Shown: positions 26,812-36,503, numbered from the stretch's first letter. The stretch: DNA of 49,903 nt from Burkholderiales bacterium (GCA_012799975.1 JAAZKF010000120.1:1-49903), one strand, 5' to 3'. Translations and numbers: made by a program. The notes: a model not told the origin generated them from the sequence alone.

Positions 26812-27597
26812 ATGTCTTCTTTGACTGAATCCACTCCCACCGCCTTGCGCGTGCTCGGAGTCAAGCTGCACGCCGTCTCTATGGATCAAGCGGTGGAAAG
26901 GGTCCTGGCCCTGATTCAACGCCCCGGTTTCCATCTGGTCGTGACCCTGGGCACCGAGATGGTGATGCGGGCCCAGGATGACCCGGAGTTTCGCGAACTG
27001 GTCAACGGAGCCGATTTGGTGGTTGCCGACGGGGCGGGGTTGCTGTGGGCGGCCCGGAGATGTGGCCTGAACCTTCCTGAGCGCGTGGCCGGTATCGATC
27101 TGGTCTGTCGTCTGGCCGAGGCCCTGGCCGGATCGCAGGGCTCCCTCTTCCTGCTGGGGGCGGCACCGGGAGTGGCCGAGGAGGCCGCCCGGGCCCTCTG
27201 CAATCGTTATCCCGGTCTGCAGATCGCGGGTTCCCAGGATGGTTTTTTCCAGGAGGACGGCCCGGTCGTGCAGGCTATTGCGGCTTCGGGAACCCGCCTG
27301 CTCCTGACGGGTCTGGGGTCGCCTCGCCAGGAACGCTGGATGCGTCAGCACCAGGATCGGCTGGGCGTAGGGGTGGGTATCGGGGTGGGCGGCAGCTTCG
27401 ATGTGCTGTCGGGTCGCAAGACCCGGGCGCCGGGGTGGATGATCCGACTGCACCTGGAGTGGTTGTTCCGCCTGGCTTGCGAGCCCTCCCGCCTGTTGCG
27501 GATGATGGCCTTGCCACGTTTCATGGTTCGGGTTCTGGGCTCGCGTGGCCAGGCCGTGACGCTTTGGAATGAGCCGCTCCGCCCGGACCCCCCTTGA
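26812..27597 (+). CDS. WecG/TagA/CpsF-family glycosyltransferase
   Basis: LGVKLHAVSMDQAV, VVTLGTEMVM, ADLVVADGAGLLWAAR, LLGAAPGVAEEAA and PRQERWM are collinear with the TagA/WecG family. Confidence 0.85.
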   Translation: MSSLTESTPTALRVLGVKLHAVSMDQAVERVLALIQRPGFHLVVTLGTEMVMRAQDDPEFRELVNGADLVVADGAGLLWAARRCGLNLPERVAGIDLVCRLAEALAGSQGSLFLLGAAPGVAEEAARALCNRYPGLQIAGSQDGFFQEDGPVVQAIAASGTRLLLTGLGSPRQERWMRQHQDRLGVGVGIGVGGSFDVLSGRKTRAPGWMIRLHLEWLFRLACEPSRLLRMMALPRFMVRVLGSRGQAVTLWNEPLRPDPP

Positions 27598-28229
27598 AAA
27601 AGGCGGGCTGGCCTGGTTGGTGGCAGGCGGCTCTGGACTGGCTATTCCCTCCACACTGTCCGGGATGCGGTCACGCCCCGGGGCGGCGTTTCTGCGCTGC
27701 CTGCCTGGAGGGCCTCGAGCCTTGTCGTCTGAAGGCACCCGGTGGTTTGGAGGTCTTCGCGGCAGGCTACTACCGTGGCCCCCTGCGCCGGGCCGTCCTG
27801 GATCTCAAGCACGGCGCCCGCACTTCCTCGGTCCCGGCCCTGGCGGAGTTGATGCAGCGGGCTTGGAGGGGCCGGCTTCCCGATGCGTTGGTCCCGATTC
27901 CTCCCGAGCCGCGACGCCGTCGGCTGCGGGGACTCTCCGTTCCAGGCCTGCTGGCAGAAGAATTGGGTTGTCGCCTGGGGGTGCCGGCCCGGTCCGACCT
28001 GTTGGTCCCCGCCCGGCTCCTGGCCTCCCAGAAGAACCTGTCCCGGGGGGAACGTCGCGAGAACGTGCGTGGGGGCTTCCGGACCGGCGCAGTCGGGGGA
28101 CTGGATCTTCTGCTGGTGGATGATGTGATGACGACCGGTTCAACCCTGGCCGAGGCCGCCCGGGTGCTGCGCGCGGCCGGGGCCGGTCGGGTTCATGCCC
28201 TGGTTCTGGCGGTGGTGGAATCCGGGTGA
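27594..28229 (+). CDS. ComF-family protein (phosphoribosyltransferase domain)
   Basis: N-terminal CPGCG...CAAC zinc-finger-like pairs. PRTase motif LLLVDDVMTTGSTLAEAA. The TTG start overlaps the upstream stop (TTGA). Confidence 0.8.
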   Translation: MKKAGWPGWWQAALDWLFPPHCPGCGHAPGRRFCAACLEGLEPCRLKAPGGLEVFAAGYYRGPLRRAVLDLKHGARTSSVPALAELMQRAWRGRLPDALVPIPPEPRRRRLRGLSVPGLLAEELGCRLGVPARSDLLVPARLLASQKNLSRGERRENVRGGFRTGAVGGLDLLLVDDVMTTGSTLAEAARVLRAAGAGRVHALVLAVVESG

Positions 28230-28245
28230 GAACCTCTCTCCTGGA

Positions 28246-28830
28246 TCACGGCATGACCGGAGTCGCCACCATGATCTGGGTGACCGAGGTACCCCGAATC
28301 GAGAAGTGGATGCCCTGCGACCAGTAGTGCAGCCAGTACTCTTCAGAGCCTCGAGCCTCGTATTCATAGCGTTCGCCGTATCTGCGCAGGATCTGGTCGA
28401 CGTCCGAACCCACCGCGATGCCCTCGGCTGTCTGCAGGTCGGGAGTCTGGACCAGGATCGACTGCACCCTTCCCTTCCGGGTGGCCACGTGGACTCCGAC
28501 CTTCTCGAAGAGGTAGATCTGGGAATCCGCCTGGGGGCGGATTTTGCCCGCACCCAGTACCTCCTCCACCTGGGTAATCGGCAGGTTCAAAGTGATGAAA
28601 TCCACCTTCTGGCCGGCCACGATCCTCCCGTCCCGACGGGCCGGTCTCGCATCGGGTAGGGGAGTTTCCGGATGGTCTTCCTGGAACTGGCCCAGGGCAG
28701 CCAGGCATCCGACCAGCATCGCTGCCACCATCAGGACGACCAGGGGGCGGGAGACGCGACGAGAGGGCAAGGCATCGGTCTGGGGCGTCGAGTCACGGGT
28801 CATCCCAGAACCTTCCAGGCAGGACGGCAT
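28246..28830 (-). CDS. Hypothetical membrane-anchored protein
   Basis: The ATG at 28830 lies 5 nt after GGAGG on the minus strand. One TM segment (LVVLMVAAMLVGCLAAL) followed by a soluble beta-rich domain. The track start at 29076 would overlap the upstream gene. Confidence 0.5.
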   Translation of the reverse strand: MPSCLEGSGMTRDSTPQTDALPSRRVSRPLVVLMVAAMLVGCLAALGQFQEDHPETPLPDARPARRDGRIVAGQKVDFITLNLPITQVEEVLGAGKIRPQADSQIYLFEKVGVHVATRKGRVQSILVQTPDLQTAEGIAVGSDVDQILRRYGERYEYEARGSEEYWLHYWSQGIHFSIRGTSVTQIMVATPVMP

Positions 28831-28853
28831 GGATTCCTCCAGGTCCCGGCTCT

Positions 28854-29615
28854 TCAAGGGGAGGACCCCTGAAATTGGGCTCCGCTGAAGTCGGGGTGGG
28901 TATCGCCTCGTCGCCAGCGCGACAGCCACAAGCCCCACATCGAACCGAGAATCGACAGCCCGCCGACCAGCCAGGGGTCCGCCGCGGCCGGAGGGGGAAT
29001 TGAGAGAACTCGGGCCAGGGAGTCTGCGACCACTCCCGCAGCGGGGAGGGCCATCAGGAGTCCCAGCACCGCCCACAATGGGCGGCGGACGGGCCAGCGG
29101 ACGTCGGCCAGCAGGGTCAGGATGAGCGCCACTGGGAAGGCCAGCGGCGCGGCTGCCTCCAGGAAGAGGCTCCAGACCACCCAGGAGACCCCTCCCACCG
29201 AGGCGGTCACCTGGCAGCCGCGACCCAGCTCGCGCAGCAGGCGGGCCATCCCTCCCAAGGCCGTGCGTTCCTCGTGCCCCAGGGGGAAGACCACCCAGGA
29301 CTCACCCAGCCGGGCACCTGCATACCAGGAGGCCGCGGCGGGCAGGAGCAGGATCGCCTGGGCGGTCCATTTGTCGGGCGGCGTGGCGTGAAAGGCCCCG
29401 GCCACGGACAAAGCGCAACCCGCTACGAAGATGTCCCAACCCGGGAAGTGTTGCCAGCAGACCACCGCCGTCAAACCGCCGGCCAAGGCGGCCAGGGCCA
29501 CGACCCGCCAGTCGTCCGCGGGCGCCAGCAGGAAGAGGGGGACGAAGAAGAGCAGGGCCGCAGCCAAGGCGGCCAGGGCCCGGTGTTCATCGGCCAGACG
29601 GGGCCAGGAAATCAT
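28854..29615 (-). CDS. Hypothetical polytopic membrane protein
   Basis: 253 aa with about 7 hydrophobic segments. The antisense plus-strand ORF (29274-30608) has Gly/Arg/Pro-skewed shadow composition. Confidence 0.5.
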   Translation of the reverse strand: MISWPRLADEHRALAALAAALLFFVPLFLLAPADDWRVVALAALAGGLTAVVCWQHFPGWDIFVAGCALSVAGAFHATPPDKWTAQAILLLPAAASWYAGARLGESWVVFPLGHEERTALGGMARLLRELGRGCQVTASVGGVSWVVWSLFLEAAAPLAFPVALILTLLADVRWPVRRPLWAVLGLLMALPAAGVVADSLARVLSIPPPAAADPWLVGGLSILGSMWGLWLSRWRRGDTHPDFSGAQFQGSSP

Positions 29616-29699
29616 GGCCGTGCCTTCTTCCTGTCGGGCGGACTCCCTTCGTGCCGACCCGGCAGGCGGCCGAGGGGTTTCCGGCTGGGCTCCAGGCGA

Positions 29700-30614
29700 T
29701 CAGGGCATCGGCCAGGCCTCGGCGTGCAGGTGCGGACCCGTCCACCAGGTAGAGCCCTGCAGATACTCGTTGAGCGTCTCGAAGCCGCTCTGGCGGGCCA
29801 GTTTCTCCAGATGCGAACTGTCGAACTCGTGGGTGTCGGGTCGGTAGCCGTCGCGGATTCGCTCCAGGACCAGGTCCAGGGCGCGTCCCTCCCCGTGAGC
29901 TGTTCCCGCGTGCTTCCCGCCGGTGGTGCAGGTTATCGCCAGACGATATCCGGGGAAATCCTGTCCCACTGCCTTTTCCAGCGCCAGGAAGCGCTTGAAG
30001 GTCAGGGCTCGGGCTTCAAAGCCCCGGTAGCGCACCATGAGGTTGGGGTTGCTGGCCGCCACGCGACGGACTTGTTCCGGGCTCAACCCGTCCTCTTCCC
30101 CGCGCAGGGGGTAGCCATTGGCCAAGGCGCGTTGGTAGGCCTCCTCCTGGCCTGCTCGCCGGAGGTGGCGGGGTCTTCCGTCCGGGTTCTTGATCCAGAA
30201 TTCGCCGCTGTGCACTTCGTCCAGGAGCTTCTCGGTAGCGGAGTCCAGACTGCGTCCGTCCACCCCGGTCCCGAGAACCTTCTTGAAGAAGGTCAGGGCT
30301 TTGGCGGTCTGGGGGCCGTAACACCCGTCCTCCGCCAGGATTCCCCTCCAGCCCGGCATCCAACGGAGGAGGTCCTCCTGCAGGCGCAGAACTTCCGGGC
30401 CCTGGTCGCCGAGTCTGAGTTTCGGGGGTTTCGGGACCTGGGGACTGGCCTGGAGCAGCGCTCGGGCCTGCGGGGAGAGTTCGAGTCGGTCGCCCTGCGA
30501 CCCCCCTGGCTCTTCACCCTGGCTCTGGAACTGGCAGGTTCCAGGTTGCCGTGTCCTGAGGGGTCGAGGGACCAGGCAGGGGGTAGCCGGCGCGGGATTC
30601 TTCAATGACTCCAT
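29700..30614 (-). CDS. Peptidoglycan-binding-domain protein with a LAS/M15-like zinc peptidase C-terminus
   Basis: PG_binding_1-like LRLGDQGPEVLRLQEDLL...DGCYGPQTAKAL. The C-terminus has AHGEGRALD (HxxGxAxD) and PHLHAE (HxH), as in M15/LAS peptidases. The start was chosen at the ATG at 30614 (MESLKNP); the longer start at 30839 would run through the fabZ promoter/start region. Confidence 0.55.
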   Translation of the reverse strand: MESLKNPAPATPCLVPRPLRTRQPGTCQFQSQGEEPGGSQGDRLELSPQARALLQASPQVPKPPKLRLGDQGPEVLRLQEDLLRWMPGWRGILAEDGCYGPQTAKALTFFKKVLGTGVDGRSLDSATEKLLDEVHSGEFWIKNPDGRPRHLRRAGQEEAYQRALANGYPLRGEEDGLSPEQVRRVAASNPNLMVRYRGFEARALTFKRFLALEKAVGQDFPGYRLAITCTTGGKHAGTAHGEGRALDLVLERIRDGYRPDTHEFDSSHLEKLARQSGFETLNEYLQGSTWWTGPHLHAEAWPMP

Positions 30615-30816
30615 GGGGCACCTCGTTGTCCGGGAAGAACTTCCCTGGTTATGTGTCACGAGGCTTCTTGACGACGATGCGCGGTGGGGTAGAGATCCTG
30701 GATGTTTCTGGTCCCTTGCCGGGCTGTTGCTATTTGATGAACCTCGAGGGGAGGGCGGGCAGGGCGCCTGCCCAGGGCGTAGAAAGGCTCCTGCGAACCT
30801 TCCCCAGGAGGCATCA

Positions 30817-31305
30817 GTGTCGCAGAATCCGGTTCCCACTACTCAAGGCCAGGACGGCGCCATGGACCTTCAACAGATCATGGAAGTCCTGCCTCATCGC
30901 CATCCCTTCCTCCTGTTGGATAGGATCCTGTGCCGGGATGGCCTGCAGTCTGCCCGAGGCGTCAAGAACCTGACGGCCAATGAAGAGTTCTTCCAAGGCC
31001 ACTTTCCCGGTCGCCCCGAGATGCCCCGGACCCTCCTGGTGGAGTGTATGGCCCAGGCCGGTGCCGCCGCAGTTCTGGCAGCCGAGGCGAATCGCGGGAA
31101 GAATGCCTTGTTCGCTTCGATCGACCGGTGTCGTTTCGGCCGAGCCGCGGTTCCAGGTGATGTCCTGGAGATCGACGTCGAGACGCTCAGCATGAGACGC
31201 GACATGGGCAAGATGCGCGCCATCTGCCGGGTCGGTCAGGAAGAGATCGCCCGCGGGGAGCTGATGTTTGCCCTGGTCGACTCTCCCGCCGAGGACCTGA
31301 AGTAG
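30817..31305 (+). CDS. fabZ: 3-hydroxyacyl-ACP dehydratase FabZ
   Basis: LPHRHPFLLLDRI, ANEEFFQGHFPGRPEMP and LLVECMAQAG. The GTG at 30817 lies 5 nt after AGGAGG (30806-30811); ATG at 30862 is an alternative. Confidence 0.85.
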   Translation: MSQNPVPTTQGQDGAMDLQQIMEVLPHRHPFLLLDRILCRDGLQSARGVKNLTANEEFFQGHFPGRPEMPRTLLVECMAQAGAAAVLAAEANRGKNALFASIDRCRFGRAAVPGDVLEIDVETLSMRRDMGKMRAICRVGQEEIARGELMFALVDSPAEDLK

Positions 31306-31313
31306 GCGGGGTT

Positions 31314-31742
31314 CTACTGGCCGGGTTCCCAGCGGGGGAGGCCCACCTCCTGGCACATCCGGCGCGGCAGCTCGGTCGGGTAGGGGTCTATGAAGGCTTC
31401 CACCACCACGCCCACGTGAGCCTCCAGAAGATGACCGCCCTTCACCGCGAAGTCGGGCCCCGAGAGGGTCACATGCGCGTGCAGGAAAGGCCGGCCCTCC
31501 AGAAGCGCGAGGTTGCCGTTCAGGGAGAGCATCTCCCAGATCCCGGGAAAGACCTGCTTGTTGTAGAGCCGGGCCTTTGCGTCCCAGTAACCCAGTTCCG
31601 GGTTTTCCAGGGCCCCGATCGCGCTGATGCGGGCACCGACCAGTCCCAGGTCGGCGGCCAGGCCCTCCACGGCTGACCGCAGGTCTTCGCCACGGTCCAG
31701 GTTCAACAGGATGCGTCCGTCGGTTTCGCGATGCCACTTCAT
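31314..31742 (-). CDS. PPC-domain (DUF296) protein
   Basis: 142 aa. The pattern GEDL...L......G...A.I.AIGAL....LGYWD......Y.......E.LSL.GN.....G.PF.H.H..L is typical of PCC/DUF296 proteins. Confidence 0.7.
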   Translation of the reverse strand: MKWHRETDGRILLNLDRGEDLRSAVEGLAADLGLVGARISAIGALENPELGYWDAKARLYNKQVFPGIWEMLSLNGNLALLEGRPFLHAHVTLSGPDFAVKGGHLLEAHVGVVVEAFIDPYPTELPRRMCQEVGLPRWEPGQ

Positions 31743-31862
31743 GATTGTTTTCCTTCGGGTCCGGTCGGTCGAGTCCTGGCCTCCCGATTACGGTCGCTCC
31801 CCCGGACGGATGAGGTCAGGGGGAGCGACCTGCTCGGGGCATGGGGCTCGTGAGAGCTTGCT

Positions 31863-33092
31863 TCAGTCCAGAGCGTGGCTGACGATGGAGTCGCGCAGCT
31901 TGGGTTCGAACCAGGTCGACTTGGGCGGCATGATCTCGTCGGCATCCGAGATGGCCATCAACTCGTCCAGTGAGACCGGATACATCGAGAAGGCCACGGC
32001 GGCACGGCCTTCCTCAACCCTGCGGACCAGATCCTCGGTGCCGCGGATTCCCCCGACGAAGTCGATCCTTTCGTCCGTGCGCGGGTCTCCGATCCCCAGG
32101 CATGGGGCCAGGATGTGGTCCTGCAACAGGGCGGCGTCCAGGCGTTGGGCTGGACTGCTGGCATCAGCCTTCAGTTTGTTGAGGTCCAGATCGTGCCAGG
32201 AGCCGGAAAGATACATGCTGACGTGCCCGGGGGTCTGCGGCGAGGGGGAGGCGCCCGCCTGGAGCGGAACCCGGGCCCCGATGGCAGCGAGCAGAGCTTC
32301 CGGCGTCTGCCCGTGCAGGTCGGCCACCACGCGGTTGTAGGACATGATCCTCAACTGGTCCGCGGCGAAGGCCACGGCCAGGAAGAAGTTTGCCGGCTCC
32401 TGGCCGCTCCACTCGGCGGCCTGCGAGCGCAGCTCCGCCCGGGTCCGGCTGGCACTGGCGGCCCGGTGGTGGCCGTCGGCGATGTACATCCGGGGGATTT
32501 CGGTGAAGGCCTGCACCAGCGGGCCCGTGGTGGTCACCCGCCAGGTGGTGTGACGGATCCCGTCGGGGGAGGTGAAGTCATACAGCGGGTCACCTTGGCA
32601 GGCGGTCTCGACCAGGGCCTCGAGCTTCGGGGTCCCCCGGTAGGTGAGGAAGACCGGGCCGGTCTGGGCCCGGGTGGCCAGGATATGACGGGTGCGGTCG
32701 TCCTCCTTGGCCTTCCGGGTCTTCTCGTGTTTCTTGATCCTATCCTGATCATATTCGTCTACCGAGAAGGTCCCGGCGACGCCCGTCTGGACGTGGTCGC
32801 CCATCTGGAGGCGGTAGATGTACAGCGCCGGCTGCTCATCCAGGAGCAGAATCCCTTCGTCGCGAAGACGGGCAAGGTTCTCGGCCGCCTTGCGGTACAC
32901 GGCCGGATCGTAGGGATCGACGCTTTCGGGCAGGTCGATTTCGGCACGCGATACGTGTAGGAAACTCATGGGCTGGCCTTCGGCCAGGGCGGCGGCTTCA
33001 CTCCGATCCACCACGTCGTAGGGGACGGCGGCCACGCGGGCGACATGCTCGGGAGTGGGGCGCAAGGCACGGAATGGGCGTAGGATCGACAT
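31863..33092 (-). CDS. DUF1015-domain protein
   Basis: The start at M30 of the track ORF gives MSILRPFRALRPTPEHVARVAAVPYDVVDRSEA, the characteristic DUF1015 N-terminus. Length is about 410 aa. Confidence 0.8.
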   Translation of the reverse strand: MSILRPFRALRPTPEHVARVAAVPYDVVDRSEAAALAEGQPMSFLHVSRAEIDLPESVDPYDPAVYRKAAENLARLRDEGILLLDEQPALYIYRLQMGDHVQTGVAGTFSVDEYDQDRIKKHEKTRKAKEDDRTRHILATRAQTGPVFLTYRGTPKLEALVETACQGDPLYDFTSPDGIRHTTWRVTTTGPLVQAFTEIPRMYIADGHHRAASASRTRAELRSQAAEWSGQEPANFFLAVAFAADQLRIMSYNRVVADLHGQTPEALLAAIGARVPLQAGASPSPQTPGHVSMYLSGSWHDLDLNKLKADASSPAQRLDAALLQDHILAPCLGIGDPRTDERIDFVGGIRGTEDLVRRVEEGRAAVAFSMYPVSLDELMAISDADEIMPPKSTWFEPKLRDSIVSHALD

Positions 33093-33203
33093 GAGGTGTC
33101 CTTTCAGGGATTTTGTGCGCCGGAAACAGGCGCCTTTAGAGGGGAATAGGCAGAGCCTGCCGGAGGGCGGCTTCCCCATCCACCCTCGGAGGCCCTTTCG
33201 CGA

Positions 33204-34595
33204 TCAGCTCTCGGGTTCCAGACACCATCCGGAGGGACGGCACAGGGGCTCGAGATCCGCGGTGAAGTGGCGCAGGAACGGGGGCTCCTGGACGATTCGG
33301 TAGCCGGGGATCTGCGCTTTGTGGGTGGCGACCCGCTGGGCGACCTCCAGGACGTAGTCGATGTGGGATTGGGTATAGACCCTGCGGGGAACAGCCAGTC
33401 TCAAGAGCTGCAGGCGAGCCTCGGGGAACATCAGAGAGCCTACCTCCACGCTCCGGATTCCGCCTTCCAGGTAGAGGGCATTGGCCAGTGAGACTCCAGG
33501 GAACTGCGTCGCCTCGAGGTGTGAGAGCAGGCGCCCTGCGTCTACGAAGACCGCGTGTCCCCCGGGCGGGCGCACGATGGGGAAACCCGCTTTTTGGAGG
33601 CCTTCGGCGAAGTAGGCGATGCTTCGCGTCCGGTAGCGCAGGTAATGGGGGTCTAGGGATTCCTCCAGGCCCACCGCCATGCACTCCAGGTCCCGGCCGG
33701 CCAGCCCCCCGTAGGTCAGATAGCCTTCTCCGAGGATAAGTTCATTGCGGAACAGGGCCGCCCAATCGTCCCGACGGGTCGCCAGGATACCCCCGATATG
33801 CACGATGGCGTCCTTCTTCGCGGACATGGTGAATCCGTCGGCCAGGTCGAAAATCTTCCGGGCGATCTCTGGCAGGGCCCAGTCAGAATACCCCGGCTCA
33901 CGGGTGTGGATGAACCAGGCGTTCTCGGCAAATCGGGCGGCGTCCAGGAAGAACGGAACCCCGGCCTTACGGCAACGCTCGGAAACCGCCTCGAGGTTGG
34001 CCATGCTGACGGGCTGGCCTCCTACCGCGTTGTTGGTCAGGGTCATCATGACCAGGGCGATGCGCTCCCGTTCCGTGTTCAGGGCCCGGTCCAGCGCTTC
34101 AAGGTCCATGTTGCCTTTGAAGGGCTCTTCCAGTTCGGGGTTCAGGGAACACGGCGCGGGCAGGTCGTGGGCGACCCCGCCGACCTGCTCGATGTTGGCT
34201 CGGGTGGTGTCGAAGTGGGTGTTGTTCAGGACGATCCTTCCAGGGGTCAGGATCGTTCGGACCAGGATGCGCTCCGCAGCCCGCCCCTGATGGACCGGCA
34301 GGATGTGGGGGAATCCGGTCAGGCGGCGGACCACCGACTCGAATCGGCGAAACGAGGTGGCCCCGGCGTAGCTCTCGTCGCCTTGCATGAGGGCAGACCA
34401 TTGGATTGCGCTCATGGCACCCGTGCCCGAGTCGGTCAACAGGTCGATGGTGACCTCGGTAGAATTCAGTTTGAACAGGTTGTGGCCGGCGCGCTCCAAA
34501 GCGTGAAGCCGGGCCGTGGCATCCAGGATCGGGATGGGCTCGACGGATTTGATCCGGAAGGGTTCGACGATCGTCTTGTATCCCCAGTCTTTCAC
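33204..34595 (-). CDS. Beta-eliminating lyase (tryptophanase / tyrosine phenol-lyase family, PLP-dependent)
   Basis: EPFRIKSVEPI, IDLLTDSGTGAMS, GDESYAG, HQGRAAE, NNAVGGQPVSMANL, DAARFAENAWFI, MSAKKDAIVHIGG (PLP lysine), YGGLAGRD and RLAVPRRVYTQSHIDYV are collinear with TnaA/TPL. I cannot decide substrate specificity by eye. Confidence 0.85.
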   Translation of the reverse strand: MKDWGYKTIVEPFRIKSVEPIPILDATARLHALERAGHNLFKLNSTEVTIDLLTDSGTGAMSAIQWSALMQGDESYAGATSFRRFESVVRRLTGFPHILPVHQGRAAERILVRTILTPGRIVLNNTHFDTTRANIEQVGGVAHDLPAPCSLNPELEEPFKGNMDLEALDRALNTERERIALVMMTLTNNAVGGQPVSMANLEAVSERCRKAGVPFFLDAARFAENAWFIHTREPGYSDWALPEIARKIFDLADGFTMSAKKDAIVHIGGILATRRDDWAALFRNELILGEGYLTYGGLAGRDLECMAVGLEESLDPHYLRYRTRSIAYFAEGLQKAGFPIVRPPGGHAVFVDAGRLLSHLEATQFPGVSLANALYLEGGIRSVEVGSLMFPEARLQLLRLAVPRRVYTQSHIDYVLEVAQRVATHKAQIPGYRIVQEPPFLRHFTADLEPLCRPSGWCLEPES

Positions 34596-34790
34596 AAAGC
34601 CTCCAGGTCGGGCGTTGATTCCCCCGCGGGCGCGGTGGTCGAATCGCGACAGGCTCCATGCCAGTCGGATTGGGTGCTGGAGGCAATGATCCGAATCACC
34701 CCGCTCTACTCCGGCTCCCCTGGCCCGGTCTTGGAGGAAGCCGGAGAATCTGCCAGGAATGGGGCCGCCTCCTCAGGAGGATTTCCCCCG

Positions 34791-36503
34791 ATGCAGGAAA
34801 CCCACCCGGTCCGCCCCTGGGAAATCGCGTCCGTGCTGTTGGCCCTGGTGATTACCCTGGGGCTGGCCATGCTCTGGGTCCTGAATGACAAGGGCCCGCT
34901 GCTGGAGCACTCTGGGCGCTCGATCCAGGACAGCATCCTCTTGTGGAGGCGTCTGGCCACAGGTCTGAGTTTCGTGCCGGATGATTATCCGCCGCTGTCC
35001 TCGCTGGTCAGCGCGGTGTTCTACTCCATCTGGGGACCTTCGCGCCTGGTGGCCCTGGTGTCCCAGTTCGTCTTCCTGGTCCCCTACCTGGCCGGAACCT
35101 GGTGGATCGGGCGTGAGCTGGGCGGGCGAGCTGGAGGGATGCTGACGCTGCTGGCCGCTGCCGGAAATCCCTGGATGAGTCTGCACCTTCACGGATACTA
35201 CCTGGAGGTGGGGACCACTTCTCTGGTGGCCCTGGCCTTGGCTTTGCTCCTGGCCTCACGGGGAGGCAGGAAACCGGCACCAACCCTGGCCCTGGGTGTG
35301 GTGGTGGGTCTGGGAATGCTCTCTAAGTGGTCCTGGTGGCTCTTCCCGGGACCGGGGCTTCTCTGGCCATTGGTCCTGGCCTGGAAGGCTGGTCCCAAGG
35401 AGCGCCGGATGGGAGGCGCCGCCTTGGCCTGCCTGGTCTTTACCCCCCTGATGGTCCTGGTCGCCTGCCCGGAAGCCTCCCGCGGATTCCCCTGGTTGCC
35501 CTATGGCCTGTGCCTGGTGGCCTGGTCGCTTCTGGGTACCTTGGCAATGCGGAGTTGGAGGAGGGCCGGATGGAGCCCGGCAGCAGGCATCGCCTTGTCC
35601 TGGGGGTTGGCCTTCCTGGTCAGCGCCTGGTGGTATTTCCTGTCGGCAGGGGAACTGCAGACCAAGGCAGCGGGGGACGCCGGACAGGGTGTCGCCGTTG
35701 GGGTCTGCCTGGCCCGTCTGCTGGCCACGCTTTCCACCTGTACCTGGGCCGCGCCGCTCTGGTTTGCCCTGGGTTCCCTGGCTGCAATCAGAATTCGGGA
35801 ACTCCGCGTTCCCACTCTGCTCGCCTGGTCGGGGCTGGCGCTTTTCTTGGGGTTCTATGCTCTCTGGCAGGTGCCACCCGGCCCTCGCTACGCCCTGCCG
35901 GCGACGGTCCTGGTCCTGACGCTTTCCTTTTCCTGGTTGGGTAGGTTCCCCAGGTGCGCCTTCCTGACAGGTCTCCTCCTGCTGGTGGTGGGGTGGTTGC
36001 AGGTCGGCTCCTGGACCCTGCAGACCCCCTGCGTTTCGTGGGCTGCGGGCCCCGAACTGGCGCAGAACCGATGGCTGCTCCGTCTCTCTCCTCCCCGGCC
36101 TTCAGGGCCACCTATGGGCGTCACGGCTGAAAGGATCCTGGCTGAGTTGGAGGGCACCGGGGAGAGCGAGATTACCTCGATCCTCCTTCCGGAAGGGCGC
36201 CTGGACCCCGACTCCTTGCTCCTCGAGTCGATCCTGCGCGGGCGTGAAATCGACATCTACCACGTTCTGGACCCGGATCCGACGCGGCCGGTCCGGACCT
36301 CGCTTCTCCTGCTGATCGGGGAAGCCCCTCCGTCTTCTCCCTGGCTCGCTGATTTCCACCAGGTGGAAACTTGGGAGGCCAGTGGCTGGGGGACCTGGTC
36401 CCTCTACCGTAGGACGGCCCCGGATATGGGGCAGCCGACTGGAAGTCCGGGTCTGGCACCACCGCCGGGAGCGGACAGGAGTCGCCTGCCCTCCGGGGAA
36501 TGA
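34791..36503 (+). CDS. GT-C fold membrane glycosyltransferase (family 39 / ArnT-PMT_2-like)
   Basis: The ATG at 34791 lies 10 nt after AGGAGG. At least 10 TM segments. The first extracytoplasmic loop carries DDYPPLSSLV (the D-x-hPPL motif typical of PMT_2/ArnT-type enzymes). Track ORF residues before 34791 are antisense to the lyase gene. Confidence 0.6.
   Translation: MQETHPVRPWEIASVLLALVITLGLAMLWVLNDKGPLLEHSGRSIQDSILLWRRLATGLSFVPDDYPPLSSLVSAVFYSIWGPSRLVALVSQFVFLVPYLAGTWWIGRELGGRAGGMLTLLAAAGNPWMSLHLHGYYLEVGTTSLVALALALLLASRGGRKPAPTLALGVVVGLGMLSKWSWWLFPGPGLLWPLVLAWKAGPKERRMGGAALACLVFTPLMVLVACPEASRGFPWLPYGLCLVAWSLLGTLAMRSWRRAGWSPAAGIALSWGLAFLVSAWWYFLSAGELQTKAAGDAGQGVAVGVCLARLLATLSTCTWAAPLWFALGSLAAIRIRELRVPTLLAWSGLALFLGFYALWQVPPGPRYALPATVLVLTLSFSWLGRFPRCAFLTGLLLLVVGWLQVGSWTLQTPCVSWAAGPELAQNRWLLRLSPPRPSGPPMGVTAERILAELEGTGESEITSILLPEGRLDPDSLLLESILRGREIDIYHVLDPDPTRPVRTSLLLLIGEAPPSSPWLADFHQVETWEASGWGTWSLYRRTAPDMGQPTGSPGLAPPPGADRSRLPSGE

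Noticed and set aside
26254-27738. 494-aa minus-strand ORF spanning the histidine kinase, TagA-like and ComF genes
   Set aside because: It runs antisense across three confidently identified plus-strand genes. The Arg/Gly/Gln/His-skewed composition marks it as a shadow ORF. The same reasoning applies to 3591-4751, 7131-8534, 8570-9526, 16360-17517, 18691-20319, 38480-39985, 41466-42527, 42809-43903 and 47549-48763.
28534-28553. Perfect palindrome AATCCGCC-tggg-GGCGGATT sharing the AATCCGCC core of block A of the repeated element; the core also occurs at 49656-49663
   Set aside because: It lies inside a coding region (GKIRPQADSQ on the minus strand). An 8-mer of this composition is expected about twice by chance in the window, and none of the flanking element sequence is shared. 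It is worth including only if a genome-wide motif search is done.
31902-31912. GGGTTCGAACC, reminiscent of a tRNA T-arm
   Set aside because: It lies inside the DUF1015 coding sequence. There are no flanking acceptor or anticodon stems, and the T-loop consensus GGTTCGAATCC is not met.
33798-34790. First 331 codons of the 901-aa plus-strand track ORF
   Set aside because: This portion is antisense to the tryptophanase-family gene and has shadow composition. The membrane glycosyltransferase begins at the ATG at 34791, behind AGGAGG. Similar over-extensions were trimmed at 22056-22502, 23880-24047, 30613-30816, 30615-30839, 33093-33179, 36382-36537 and 28831-29076.
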